The position numbers were made by a program, and so were the translations under genes. Below the pieces are notes generated by a model that saw only the letters and a list, made by a program, of their open reading frames with translations, was not told the origin of the DNA and did not search any database. DNA of 64,000 bases from Polyangiales bacterium. Lineage in GTDB: Bacteria; Myxococcota_A; Polyangia; Polyangiales; Polyangiaceae. Where the stretch lies: NCBI GenBank assembly GCA_038231275.1, contig JBBRLQ010000002.1:288001-352000 (forward strand), in the 5' to 3' direction. Below are positions 32,576-40,956 of the stretch, piece by piece (position 1 is the first letter of the stretch; the number at the start of each line of letters is the position of its first letter).

Positions 32576-34171
32576 ATGACCGGGCCGCACCGTCAGCTCC
32601 ACGGACTTGAGGTGAGCGCCGGGCTCCCAGGCCTCCGCGTGAGCGACGACGCCGCCGACCGCGTCGCCTACGCGCGAGACCTCTGGCCGCGGCACCACTT
32701 GGCGGTCCGCGCCGGCAACGTCGCCGAGCACCGCCCCGGCGCGATCGTGTGGCCGGAGACGACGGAAGAGGTCGCGCGCGTCGTGCGATGGGCGAACGAG
32801 TCCGGCACGGCGATCGTCCCCTTCGGCGCCGGCAGCGGCGTTTGCGCCGGGATTTTGCCGCGATCCGACGTGCTCGTCGTGGATCTCAAGCGCATGGCGA
32901 GGTGGCGGCGCTTCGACCCGAGCGCACCGCTCGTCGAGGTCGAGGCCGGGCACATGGGTGTGCCGTTCGAGGAGAAGCTCGGGCGCGAGGGCCTCACGCT
33001 CGGGCACTTTCCGTCGTCGATCCTGTGCAGCACGGTCGGCGGATGGGTCGCGGCGCGGAGCGCAGGGCAGTGCTCGGGGCGCTACGGCAAGATCGAGGAC
33101 ATGGTGGTCGCGCTCGAGTGCGTGACCGGCAAGGGCGACGTCGTGACCCTCGAGCACCGCACGCAGGGCCCGAGCCTGGTGCCGCTGGTGATCGGGAGCG
33201 AGGGGACGCTCGCGATCGTGACGAGCGCGACGCTCCGCTTGCACCCATCGCCGACCGCCCGCGGCTTCGGCGCGTGGTCCTTCCCGACGACCGAGCACGG
33301 GTGGGAAGGAATGCGCGCGCTCTTCCAGGCGGGCCTCCGTCCTGCGGTGTCCCGCCTCTACGATCCGTTCGATGCGATGCTCGCGCGCCAAGGGAGCGTG
33401 AAGCGCGTCCGCGGCGACAAGCAGGTCGCGCAGGCGGCGCCCGGAATGGGGCCTTCTGCGTTGCGCGCGCTCCTCCGGCGTCCGCGTGTGCTGAACGAGC
33501 TCGTCGATCGCTCCGCAAGGCTCCTCGGCGGCGCGCTCCTCGTCGTGATCTTCGAGGGCGCAGGCGACGCGCCCTCGCGCGAGATCGAAGAGGGCCGCGC
33601 GATCCTCGAGCGCATGGGCGGCCGCTACGAAGGCGAAGGCCCCGCGCGGAAATGGCTCCAGCACCGCTACTCGGTGAGCTATCGGCAAGCGCCTGTCTTC
33701 GCGGCAGGCGGATGGGCGGACACGATGGAGGTCGCTGCGCCGTGGTCGAAGCTCGGAGCGCTCTACGACGGCGTCCGACGCGCGCTGGGCGAGCACGTCT
33801 TCGTGATGGCGCACTTCAGCCACGCGTACCCCGACGGGTGCTGCATCTACTTCTCGTTCGCCGGAAGCGCGGCGCCGTCGCATGCGGCAGGCGCGTCGTG
33901 GGATCAGGCGTGCGCCACGACGTACGATCGCGCGTGGCCCGCCGCGCTCGACGCCGCGATCGCCGCCGGCGGGACGCTCTCGCACCACCACGGCGTCGGC
34001 CGCTCCAAGGCGCCTCGGCTCGGCGCCGAGCTCGGCGAGGGGCTCCACGTCGTTCGCGCGTTGAAGCGCGCGTTCGATCCGAACGGCGTCTTGAACCCCG
34101 GGAATTTGATGCCGCCGACGTCGCCTGAGCCTTACGCGAACGACATCGTCCGCCGCGAGGTGCGCGCATGA
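32576..34171 (+). CDS. VAO-family FAD oxidoreductase, alkyl-dihydroxyacetone-phosphate synthase-like
   Basis: PFGAGSGV, GHFPSSILCSTVGGWVAARSAGQCSGRYGKIEDMV, GSEGTL, HFSHAYPDG, SHHHGVG, FDPNGVLNPG. Confidence 0.85.
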   Translation: MTGPHRQLHGLEVSAGLPGLRVSDDAADRVAYARDLWPRHHLAVRAGNVAEHRPGAIVWPETTEEVARVVRWANESGTAIVPFGAGSGVCAGILPRSDVLVVDLKRMARWRRFDPSAPLVEVEAGHMGVPFEEKLGREGLTLGHFPSSILCSTVGGWVAARSAGQCSGRYGKIEDMVVALECVTGKGDVVTLEHRTQGPSLVPLVIGSEGTLAIVTSATLRLHPSPTARGFGAWSFPTTEHGWEGMRALFQAGLRPAVSRLYDPFDAMLARQGSVKRVRGDKQVAQAAPGMGPSALRALLRRPRVLNELVDRSARLLGGALLVVIFEGAGDAPSREIEEGRAILERMGGRYEGEGPARKWLQHRYSVSYRQAPVFAAGGWADTMEVAAPWSKLGALYDGVRRALGEHVFVMAHFSHAYPDGCCIYFSFAGSAAPSHAAGASWDQACATTYDRAWPAALDAAIAAGGTLSHHHGVGRSKAPRLGAELGEGLHVVRALKRAFDPNGVLNPGNLMPPTSPEPYANDIVRREVRA

Positions 34172-34644
34172 AGGGCGTACGCGTCGACATGACCAGCCTC
34201 GTCGCCGACGTCGACGCCGCGCTCACCCTCGCGGAGCTGAACGCGGCGCTGTCGGAGCAAGGGCTGACGCTCGATCTCGACGCGCGCGCGCCGCTCGCAG
34301 AAACGGTGGCGGCATGGCTCGCCTCGGGAGCTCCCGGCGCGCGCGATCCGTACCGCGATCCGGCCGATCACGTCGTATCGGGCCTCGACGCGCGTCTCCC
34401 GAACGGCCACGAGCTGCGGGTACGGCCGGGCCCTCGCCGCGCGGTAGGCCCCGATCTCGTCGCGCTCTTCGTCGGCACCGGCGATCGCTTCGGGAGCGTC
34501 GCGCGCGCGCACCTCCGCGTTCATCGCATCGGCGTCGCGCGGCCGGAGGCTCCGTCGTTCGCGGAGCCTCCCCACGGCGAGCCGAACGCAGGCGAACGCG
34601 CGCTCATGGACGCGATCGCCCGCGAGCTCGGCGCGACGAAATAG
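34168..34644 (+). CDS. Short protein resembling only part of a FAD_binding_4 (GlcE-like) domain
   Basis: ATGA overlap; GPDLVALFVGTGDRFGSV resembles the GxDL..LFxGSxGxLG motif. Confidence 0.7.
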   Translation: MKGVRVDMTSLVADVDAALTLAELNAALSEQGLTLDLDARAPLAETVAAWLASGAPGARDPYRDPADHVVSGLDARLPNGHELRVRPGPRRAVGPDLVALFVGTGDRFGSVARAHLRVHRIGVARPEAPSFAEPPHGEPNAGERALMDAIARELGATK

Positions 34645-34685
34645 CGACGCGAAATCGGCCCGGAAGTAGCGCAACGAAGGCGCGA

Positions 34686-35402
34686 CTACGAGCCGTCGCT
34701 GAAGAACACCTTCACGTTCGCGCGATCCTCGTCGCTCGCGAACGCCGCGACGCGCGCGCCGCCGAGCGCTTTCTTGATGCAGCGGGTCGCCTTCGAGTCG
34801 AGCTTCTGGTGGTCTTCGAAGCGGTAGAACTCGACCGCGTCCACGTTGCCGGTACGGGCGAAGTGGACGTCCACTTCGTCGGCGACCTCACGCGGGCTGC
34901 GCACCGAGAGGTTGCACTGCGTGACGGCGCTCCGGACGCCCATCTTCGCGGTGCGCACCGAGAACGCGGGCGGCGCGTCCGGACGCGTCACCAGGAAGCC
35001 GAGACGCACGGTCACCGGCGCGCCGCGGAACGGCGAGACGTGCGCCGCGCTGAACACGCGCTCGATGCACGGCGAGACGGCGCTGCCGCCGAACGGCGCC
35101 TCCTCTTCGGCGACGCGCGCGGTGCCGGTGGCGGGATCGAAGACGATGACGGCGCGCCCGAGGCCGCTGGGACTGCCCTTGATCCCACATCGGGATACGT
35201 CCTCTTGAAGCTCGTCGAGGGCCTCTGCCGCGGCGACGCGATCGAACGGCGCACCGCCTGCGTTTGGAGAGCTCGCGGGAGTCGCTTGCTGTACCGGCGC
35301 CGGCCTCGACGCGCCCGACGCGCAGCCGGCGAGCGGCAGCCCGAAGAAGAAGAGACCGAAAGCCGCTCGGTTTACCCTGAGTGCGATCGCGCTGTTCATC
35401 AC
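34686..35402 (-). CDS. Hypothetical lipoprotein with two small Cys-containing repeats (AgmX/TonB-C-like)
   Basis: LAGC lipobox; two modules each with C...C and a closing beta strand. Confidence 0.65.
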   Translation of the reverse strand: MMNSAIALRVNRAAFGLFFFGLPLAGCASGASRPAPVQQATPASSPNAGGAPFDRVAAAEALDELQEDVSRCGIKGSPSGLGRAVIVFDPATGTARVAEEEAPFGGSAVSPCIERVFSAAHVSPFRGAPVTVRLGFLVTRPDAPPAFSVRTAKMGVRSAVTQCNLSVRSPREVADEVDVHFARTGNVDAVEFYRFEDHQKLDSKATRCIKKALGGARVAAFASDEDRANVKVFFSDGS

Positions 35403-35582
35403 AGACCTCCAAAGAGAAACGCCGGACCTCCCGGCGAGACACAGATCTTACAAAGCCGCGCGCGTCTTGGCAAAGGGACAGTGACCCCCAAACTGTCGTC
35501 ACTACTCATGATTTGTAGCCATCTGCGCCCCGAGAGGAGCGGTCGGGCGTACGCGGAGGGCGGCGTCGGTCGCGGTGCGCAA

Positions 35583-35617
35583 GGAAGTTGTAATACAAAT
35601 TTGTAATACAACTTTCC
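35583..35617. promoter_or_regulatory. Tandem palindromic operator-like site TTGTAATACAA-AT-TTGTAATACAA
   Basis: Two identical 11-bp palindromes (35588-35598, 35601-35611) flanked by GGAAG/CTTTCC; AT-rich in a GC-rich context. Confidence 0.65.
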
Positions 35618-35787
35618 CCGCCAACGCAGGGTCGAAGGGCGCATCCTCGCTCGGGTTTCGTGACGACCGATGCCGCCGCACTTCAGGGGGCAACGTGGCT
35701 CCACCGCGCGGATTCCGGCACACTGGCGCGCCCGCACCGCGCACCTCCGACGTCGTCGACGGGCGACGCGCGTGTACCTACCTCAGC

Positions 35788-36702
35788 TCACCGCTTTTTC
35801 GTGCACGCGTTCAGCGCCCGCGCGACCGTGGCGAGGCGCGGCGAGTCGGCGGGGAGCGGGTAGTGCCACTCGTAGAGGCCGAGGTAGCCGTGGTTCTTCA
35901 GCGTCTTGCAGACCTTCAGGATCTCGGTGCCGATCGCGTGCTGCGAGACGGTGTCCGGGTACGGCGCGAAGTTCAGCATCGGCGCGACGCGGCGGTGGCC
36001 TCGGAGCGTCGCGTTGCCGCGGTAGACGCCCGGCGAGTAGTAGAGATCGTCGACGTGCGCGTCGTCGGTGTAGAGCTCGGCGAAGTAGGCCGCGGTGTGC
36101 GGGCGCCGGATCAAGCGCCATCGACCGTCACGGAATGCCATGTACTCGAAGCCGCTCTTCTCGCCGGACGAGCAGCGACGAAGGGCGTCGCGCTCGCGGC
36201 CGAGATCGTTCCTCGGATTGGTGTCGTCGTAGAACCAGTGCGCGCCGCCGGGGCGCTTGATGCTGCCGTCGGCGTGGCAGTCGCGGTAGCTCGTATCCTG
36301 GGTCGTGCGATCGGCGACCCAACAGCCGTTGCTCCCGAGCTGCTCCGACAGGTACGTGTAAACTGCAAACGTTACGTGGATTCGCTTGCGACAGTGGGGG
36401 GCGGCGGGCGTGACGGGCGCGGCGGCTTCGGCCTGGAGCTCGCGCGACGCCTCGGCAACTTGCACCTCGTCGGAACGGGCGGCCGCTCCGTCGATCTCCG
36501 CGTCGGCGACCATCGGCTCGGTGTCGGCGCCGAGGAGCTCATCGGGCTCCGTCGTGAGGGCGTCACTTGCGTCGTCGGCGACCTCCTCGACGATCGCCTC
36601 CCCAGATGCCCCGGTGGTCTCGGAGCCGTTGGTGCCGCCGCATGCAGCGTGGGCGAGGCCGAGCACGGCGAGCGGCGCGAAGCGGCGGAGGGAGGGGAAC
36701 AT
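35788..36702 (-). CDS. Hypothetical lipoprotein
   Basis: Signal peptide ending AAC; acidic linker; aromatic/Cys-rich globular C-terminal domain. Confidence 0.7.
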   Translation of the reverse strand: MFPSLRRFAPLAVLGLAHAACGGTNGSETTGASGEAIVEEVADDASDALTTEPDELLGADTEPMVADAEIDGAAARSDEVQVAEASRELQAEAAAPVTPAAPHCRKRIHVTFAVYTYLSEQLGSNGCWVADRTTQDTSYRDCHADGSIKRPGGAHWFYDDTNPRNDLGRERDALRRCSSGEKSGFEYMAFRDGRWRLIRRPHTAAYFAELYTDDAHVDDLYYSPGVYRGNATLRGHRRVAPMLNFAPYPDTVSQHAIGTEILKVCKTLKNHGYLGLYEWHYPLPADSPRLATVARALNACTKKR

Positions 36703-36874
36703 CGACGTCGGGTGGAGCAAGCGCCATACCGTCGGCGCTCGAACGTGCGCGCCCAACGAAGCCGCGTGCTTGCCGAGGTGAAGTGCACGCGATCCATCCG
36801 CGCGGATCGCGCGCGCTCGCGGATCCTGCCGCCGTGCATCGCGAGCGAGGGGCCGACCCTGGATCAGGCCAGAA

Positions 36875-37561
36875 TCAGCGTCCCCGAACGAAGGCGGCGG
36901 TCCACTCGGGGACGATGGCGCTGGCCCGCGCGCGAACTTTGTCTTCCATCCCCGCGCCGAAGAAGAAGCCGAGCACGCGCGCGGCGTGCGCCGGCGACGG
37001 GAACTCGTAGCTCGTGTCGAGCACCTCCCGAACGAAGCCGTCTTCCTCGAACATCGCGTAGAGATCACGCAAGCGCTCGTTCGGAGCTCCTGGCTCGGCG
37101 GAGCACGTCCCCATCGTCTCGAAGAGGATCACCGGCGCCCCGGCCCGCGCGCATCGCAGCATCTCATCGACGGCGCGACGCGCGTGCTCGCGCCACGCGT
37201 CCGGGTAGAAGCCGGTCACGTGTCCGATCGACCAGCCCGCGACCATCGCGTCGGCGGCGCCGTCCGGCTCAGGCAGCGACGCGTTGTCGGCCACGCCGTA
37301 CTCGACGTTCGGCCGTAGAGAGACGGATCGCGCCGCGTCGATCATGTGCGCCGATCCATCGTAGGCGCGAACACGATCGGCCCGCGCCGCGAGCAGGCGC
37401 GTGATCCGCCCGGTGCCGCATCCTAGCTCGATGACGCGCGCCGGGCGCGGCAAGAGCACGCGATCGAGCAGCGCCTCCAGCGCGTGCCCGCGATCCTCGT
37501 GGCGGACGAGCTCCTCGTAGCGGTCGGCGTGGCGGGCGTACGTCTCCTCGTAGGACGGCAT
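36875..37561 (-). CDS. Class I SAM-dependent methyltransferase
   Basis: VIELGCGTG motif I; AYDGS; ADNASLP. Confidence 0.88.
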   Translation of the reverse strand: MPSYEETYARHADRYEELVRHEDRGHALEALLDRVLLPRPARVIELGCGTGRITRLLAARADRVRAYDGSAHMIDAARSVSLRPNVEYGVADNASLPEPDGAADAMVAGWSIGHVTGFYPDAWREHARRAVDEMLRCARAGAPVILFETMGTCSAEPGAPNERLRDLYAMFEEDGFVREVLDTSYEFPSPAHAARVLGFFFGAGMEDKVRARASAIVPEWTAAFVRGR

Positions 37562-37592
37562 GCCGCGGAGTCTACGCCGCCGGCGCGGCGAT

Positions 37593-37853
37593 TCAGCGAC
37601 CCTTCGCGCCCTCGCCGCGAAGCACCATGCACTCGCTGAACACCTTCGCGACGAGGCTGCCCGACTCGTCGGTGATCTCGCACTCGATGAGCCCGAGGCT
37701 GCGCGTTCGCTTCGTGACCTGCGCGGTGGCACGAAGGCGCGCGTTCCAGATCGGCTTGAAGTACTTCGAGATCCCGCTATCGACGGTTGCGACGGGCGTG
37801 AGACCTCGCCCTTCGCCGCGAGGACGACCGGAGCGCTGGACGCCGTGCACCAT
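37593..37853 (-). pseudogene. Probable truncated PaaI/hotdog thioesterase remnant
   Basis: YFKPIWNARLRATAQVTKRTRSLGLIECEITDESGSLVAKVFSECMVL matches a hotdog-fold C-terminal half; no N-terminal HGG...D catalytic segment. Confidence 0.55.
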
Positions 37854-37979
37854 CGCTCGTCCCTCGCCGCCGCGGAAACGCGAACGTTCTCGAAGAGACA
37901 CACGCGACTGACCGGGGACGCCACACGTTTGGCGCGCGGGACGCGAGCGCGACGCGACGCGCGTGCTAGTCGCCCTGCG

Positions 37980-38843
37980 ATGCACGCTTCGCGACGCGAC
38001 GTCCTCCGTTGGCTCGGCGCCCTGACCGCCTCTGCCGCGTTCGCGGGCGGCCGCGGCGCCACCGGGCTCATCCCGCTCGGCTGCAGCTCGTCGTCGCGCG
38101 GCGCGGCCCCTGCCGGCGGCTTCTTCTCGCCCGACCAGCGCCGCGCGCTCTCGACGCTCGCCAACGCCGTCCTGCCCCCCGACGACGCGCCAGGCGGCGC
38201 CGATCTCGGCGCGGTCGCGTACGTCGAAGCGCTCTGTACCGCCCTCGATGGACCCACGCCCAGAATCCTCGCGGGCGGCCCCTACTCCGGACGCGCGGCG
38301 TTCGCGGACGGAACACGGCCTGCGAACGACTTCGCCACATTCCAACCGATCGATCGCGTGACGCTGACGGCGTGGCGCCTCGCGCTTTTCGGCTCGGCGG
38401 GCGTGCCGGGTGGCGGTCCGAACGACGCAGTGAGCGGCCCCGTGAAGGGCCTCCGCGATCAACTGAAGGAAGGCCTGGCGGCCGCGATCGCGGCGTCGCC
38501 GAAGCCGCTCGACCAGCTCTCGCCCGACGAGCTCCAAGATCTCTTCAACGGCCTCGAAGGAGCGTTCCGCGATCTCGTCGTGGAGCTCGTCACGCAGGCC
38601 GCCTTCGCCGCGCCCGAGTACGGGGGCAACCCCGGCCTCGCCGGCTGGAAGCTCGTGGCCTTCGAAGGCGACGTGCAGCCGCTCGGCTACAGCATCTGGG
38701 ACGACGCGACGTGGAGCTACCGCGAGCGCCCCGAGGCGCCGGTGAGCACGCCAGAGCCGGGCACCGATCCGCAGCCGCTCGACGACGACACGCGCGCGTT
38801 CATCGGCAAGATCATCTCGCTCACCTCGGGAAAGGCGTTCTGA
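37980..38843 (+). CDS. Tat-exported gluconate 2-dehydrogenase subunit 3-like protein
   Basis: SRRDVL twin-arginine signal; PGGADLGAVAYV; PEYGGNPGLAGW. Confidence 0.88.
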   Translation: MHASRRDVLRWLGALTASAAFAGGRGATGLIPLGCSSSSRGAAPAGGFFSPDQRRALSTLANAVLPPDDAPGGADLGAVAYVEALCTALDGPTPRILAGGPYSGRAAFADGTRPANDFATFQPIDRVTLTAWRLALFGSAGVPGGGPNDAVSGPVKGLRDQLKEGLAAAIAASPKPLDQLSPDELQDLFNGLEGAFRDLVVELVTQAAFAAPEYGGNPGLAGWKLVAFEGDVQPLGYSIWDDATWSYRERPEAPVSTPEPGTDPQPLDDDTRAFIGKIISLTSGKAF

Positions 38844-40546
38844 TGCCCTTCGAAGTCGTCGGCAACGCGTCGCTGTCGAAGTTCGACGTGCTCGTGATCG
38901 GGTCGGGCGCCGGAGGATCGGCGGTCGCGGGCCTCCTCGCCACCAAGGGCCAGAAGGTGCTCGTGCTCGAGGCGGGTCGCAACCTCTTCGTCGGCCTCGA
39001 CGACGGCAAGGCGCCGCCCAAGACGCGCTTCGCGAACGACGAGCTCGCGTACATGACGCGCAACGCGATCCTCCCCGATCCGATCGTCGAGCCGCGCACG
39101 TGGCGCAATTCCGTGTCGGACGGAGATCGCACGTTCGTCGGCGACGTGAACGGGCTCCCCAAGACGGTCGGCGGCGGGTGCGTGCACGCGGACCTGAAGA
39201 TGCCGCGGTTCCAGGTCGACGACTTCCACCTCGGCACGCTCCTCGGACAGGTCGCCGGCGCGAGCTTCGCCGACTGGCCGGTGGACTACGACATGCTCGA
39301 GCCCTTCTACGCCTACTGCGAGGCGCAGCTCGGCGTCCAGGGCGAGATCGGCACAAACCCCTTCGAAGCGCCGCGAAAGACGCCTTTTCCGATGCCGCCG
39401 GGCGTCGCGATGTACTCGGGGCTCAAGGTGTCGGACGGCGCGAAGAAGCTCGGCCTCCATCCGTTCGCGTACCCAATGGCGGTCAACTCGCGGCCGTACA
39501 TGGGCCGGCCCGCGTGCGTCGACTGCGGATTCTGCTCCGGCTTCGGCTGCCCTTCGCACGCAAAGGGATCGACCGCGGTCACGATGCTGCGCGCGGCGCT
39601 CCTGTCGGGCAACTGCCAGCTCCTGCCCGAGACACGCGCGGCGAAGCTCCTCGCCGACGCGGCCGGCACGACGATCACCGGCGTCGAGGCGATCCTCCCC
39701 GACGGCACGCGCCGCGTCTTCACCGCCGACCGGTACGTGCTCGCCGCGAGCCCCATCGAGGACGCGCGCCTGCTCCTCTTGAGTGGAGGCCTCGGCAACT
39801 CGAGCGACCAAGTCGGCCGCAATCTCACCTTCCATTTCCAGACCGCGGCCGCCGGCGTGTTCGAGGAGCGCATGCACGGCCACCGAGGCCGCACGGTCAC
39901 CCACGGATTCAGCGATTTTCGCGGGGTGCCAAAGGATCCGTCGCGGCCGCTCGGCGGCATCGTCGAGATCAGCGGCAGCGAGGGGCCGATCGCCGAGGCC
40001 TCGTACATCCTCCGTGTGATGAAGATTCTTTCGGCCGGGCGCTTCGACGGGCCGCGCTTCAAACGCCTGCTGCGCCAGAGCCCGTTCCGCCAGCACGTCG
40101 TGGCCCTCGCCCTGCAAGCCGAGGACGCGCCGCAGGCGACCAACCGCGTCGATCTGGATCCGGCGATACGTGATCTCGACGGGCTCCCCGTCGCGCGGTG
40201 CACCTACAAGAACCACGATTTCGAGCTCTCGGCCCGCAAGTTCTACACGCCGAAGCTCGTCGAGCTCCTCGGCGCGTCCGGCGCCAAGTGGGCCACCGTG
40301 CTGCCGGCCGACGACGTCCCCGCGAGCGCGCACATCATGGGCACCCTTCGCATGGGCAGCGACGCGAAGACCAGCGTGTGCGACGCGACCGGCCGCTTCC
40401 ACGACATCGGCAACCTCTACGCCGCCGACGGCGCGCTCTTCCCCACGTCGAGCGGCTTCAACCCGACGATGACGATCATCGCGCTCGCGACCCGCGTGGC
40501 GGCGGCGATGCTGTCACCCGACGCGCCGGAGCGGATGCTCTCCTGA
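38843..40546 (+). CDS. GMC-family oxidoreductase flavoprotein
   Basis: IGSGAGG, LEAG, CVDCGFCSGFGC Fe-S motif, HIMGTLRMG, NPTMT. Confidence 0.92.
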   Translation: MPFEVVGNASLSKFDVLVIGSGAGGSAVAGLLATKGQKVLVLEAGRNLFVGLDDGKAPPKTRFANDELAYMTRNAILPDPIVEPRTWRNSVSDGDRTFVGDVNGLPKTVGGGCVHADLKMPRFQVDDFHLGTLLGQVAGASFADWPVDYDMLEPFYAYCEAQLGVQGEIGTNPFEAPRKTPFPMPPGVAMYSGLKVSDGAKKLGLHPFAYPMAVNSRPYMGRPACVDCGFCSGFGCPSHAKGSTAVTMLRAALLSGNCQLLPETRAAKLLADAAGTTITGVEAILPDGTRRVFTADRYVLAASPIEDARLLLLSGGLGNSSDQVGRNLTFHFQTAAAGVFEERMHGHRGRTVTHGFSDFRGVPKDPSRPLGGIVEISGSEGPIAEASYILRVMKILSAGRFDGPRFKRLLRQSPFRQHVVALALQAEDAPQATNRVDLDPAIRDLDGLPVARCTYKNHDFELSARKFYTPKLVELLGASGAKWATVLPADDVPASAHIMGTLRMGSDAKTSVCDATGRFHDIGNLYAADGALFPTSSGFNPTMTIIALATRVAAAMLSPDAPERMLS

Positions 40547-40568
40547 TCGGGATCCGCGGATTTTTGCG

Positions 40569-40910
40569 TTAGCCGGGCGGCCACGCCATCGCGCGACCGC
40601 CGAGCACGTGAAGGTGCAGGTGGTGCACGCTCTGCCCGCCGTCTTGTCCCTGGTTGATGACGAGGCGGTACCCCTTCTCGGACAGCCCCAGCTCGCCGGC
40701 GACCTTGCGCCCGGCCGTGAGGAGCTCGCCGAGCATCTCCTTGTCGGCGTCGGTCGCGTCGAAGATGCCGGTGAGGTGCTTCTTGGGGATGACCAGCGCG
40801 TGGGTCGGCGCTTGCGGGTTGATGTCCTTGAAGGACAGGACGTGATCGTTCTCGAAGACGATCTGCGAAGGGATCTCACGCGCGACAATCTTGCAAAAGA
40901 GGCAGCCCAT
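40569..40910 (-). CDS. hinT: Histidine triad (HIT) nucleotide-binding protein
   Basis: [29 protein letters not shown]. Confidence 0.95.
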   Translation of the reverse strand: MGCLFCKIVAREIPSQIVFENDHVLSFKDINPQAPTHALVIPKKHLTGIFDATDADKEMLGELLTAGRKVAGELGLSEKGYRLVINQGQDGGQSVHHLHLHVLGGRAMAWPPG

Positions 40911-40956
40911 GGGCGCTCATCTTACGGCGCATTTTCCGCCTCCCGAGCGTATTTGA

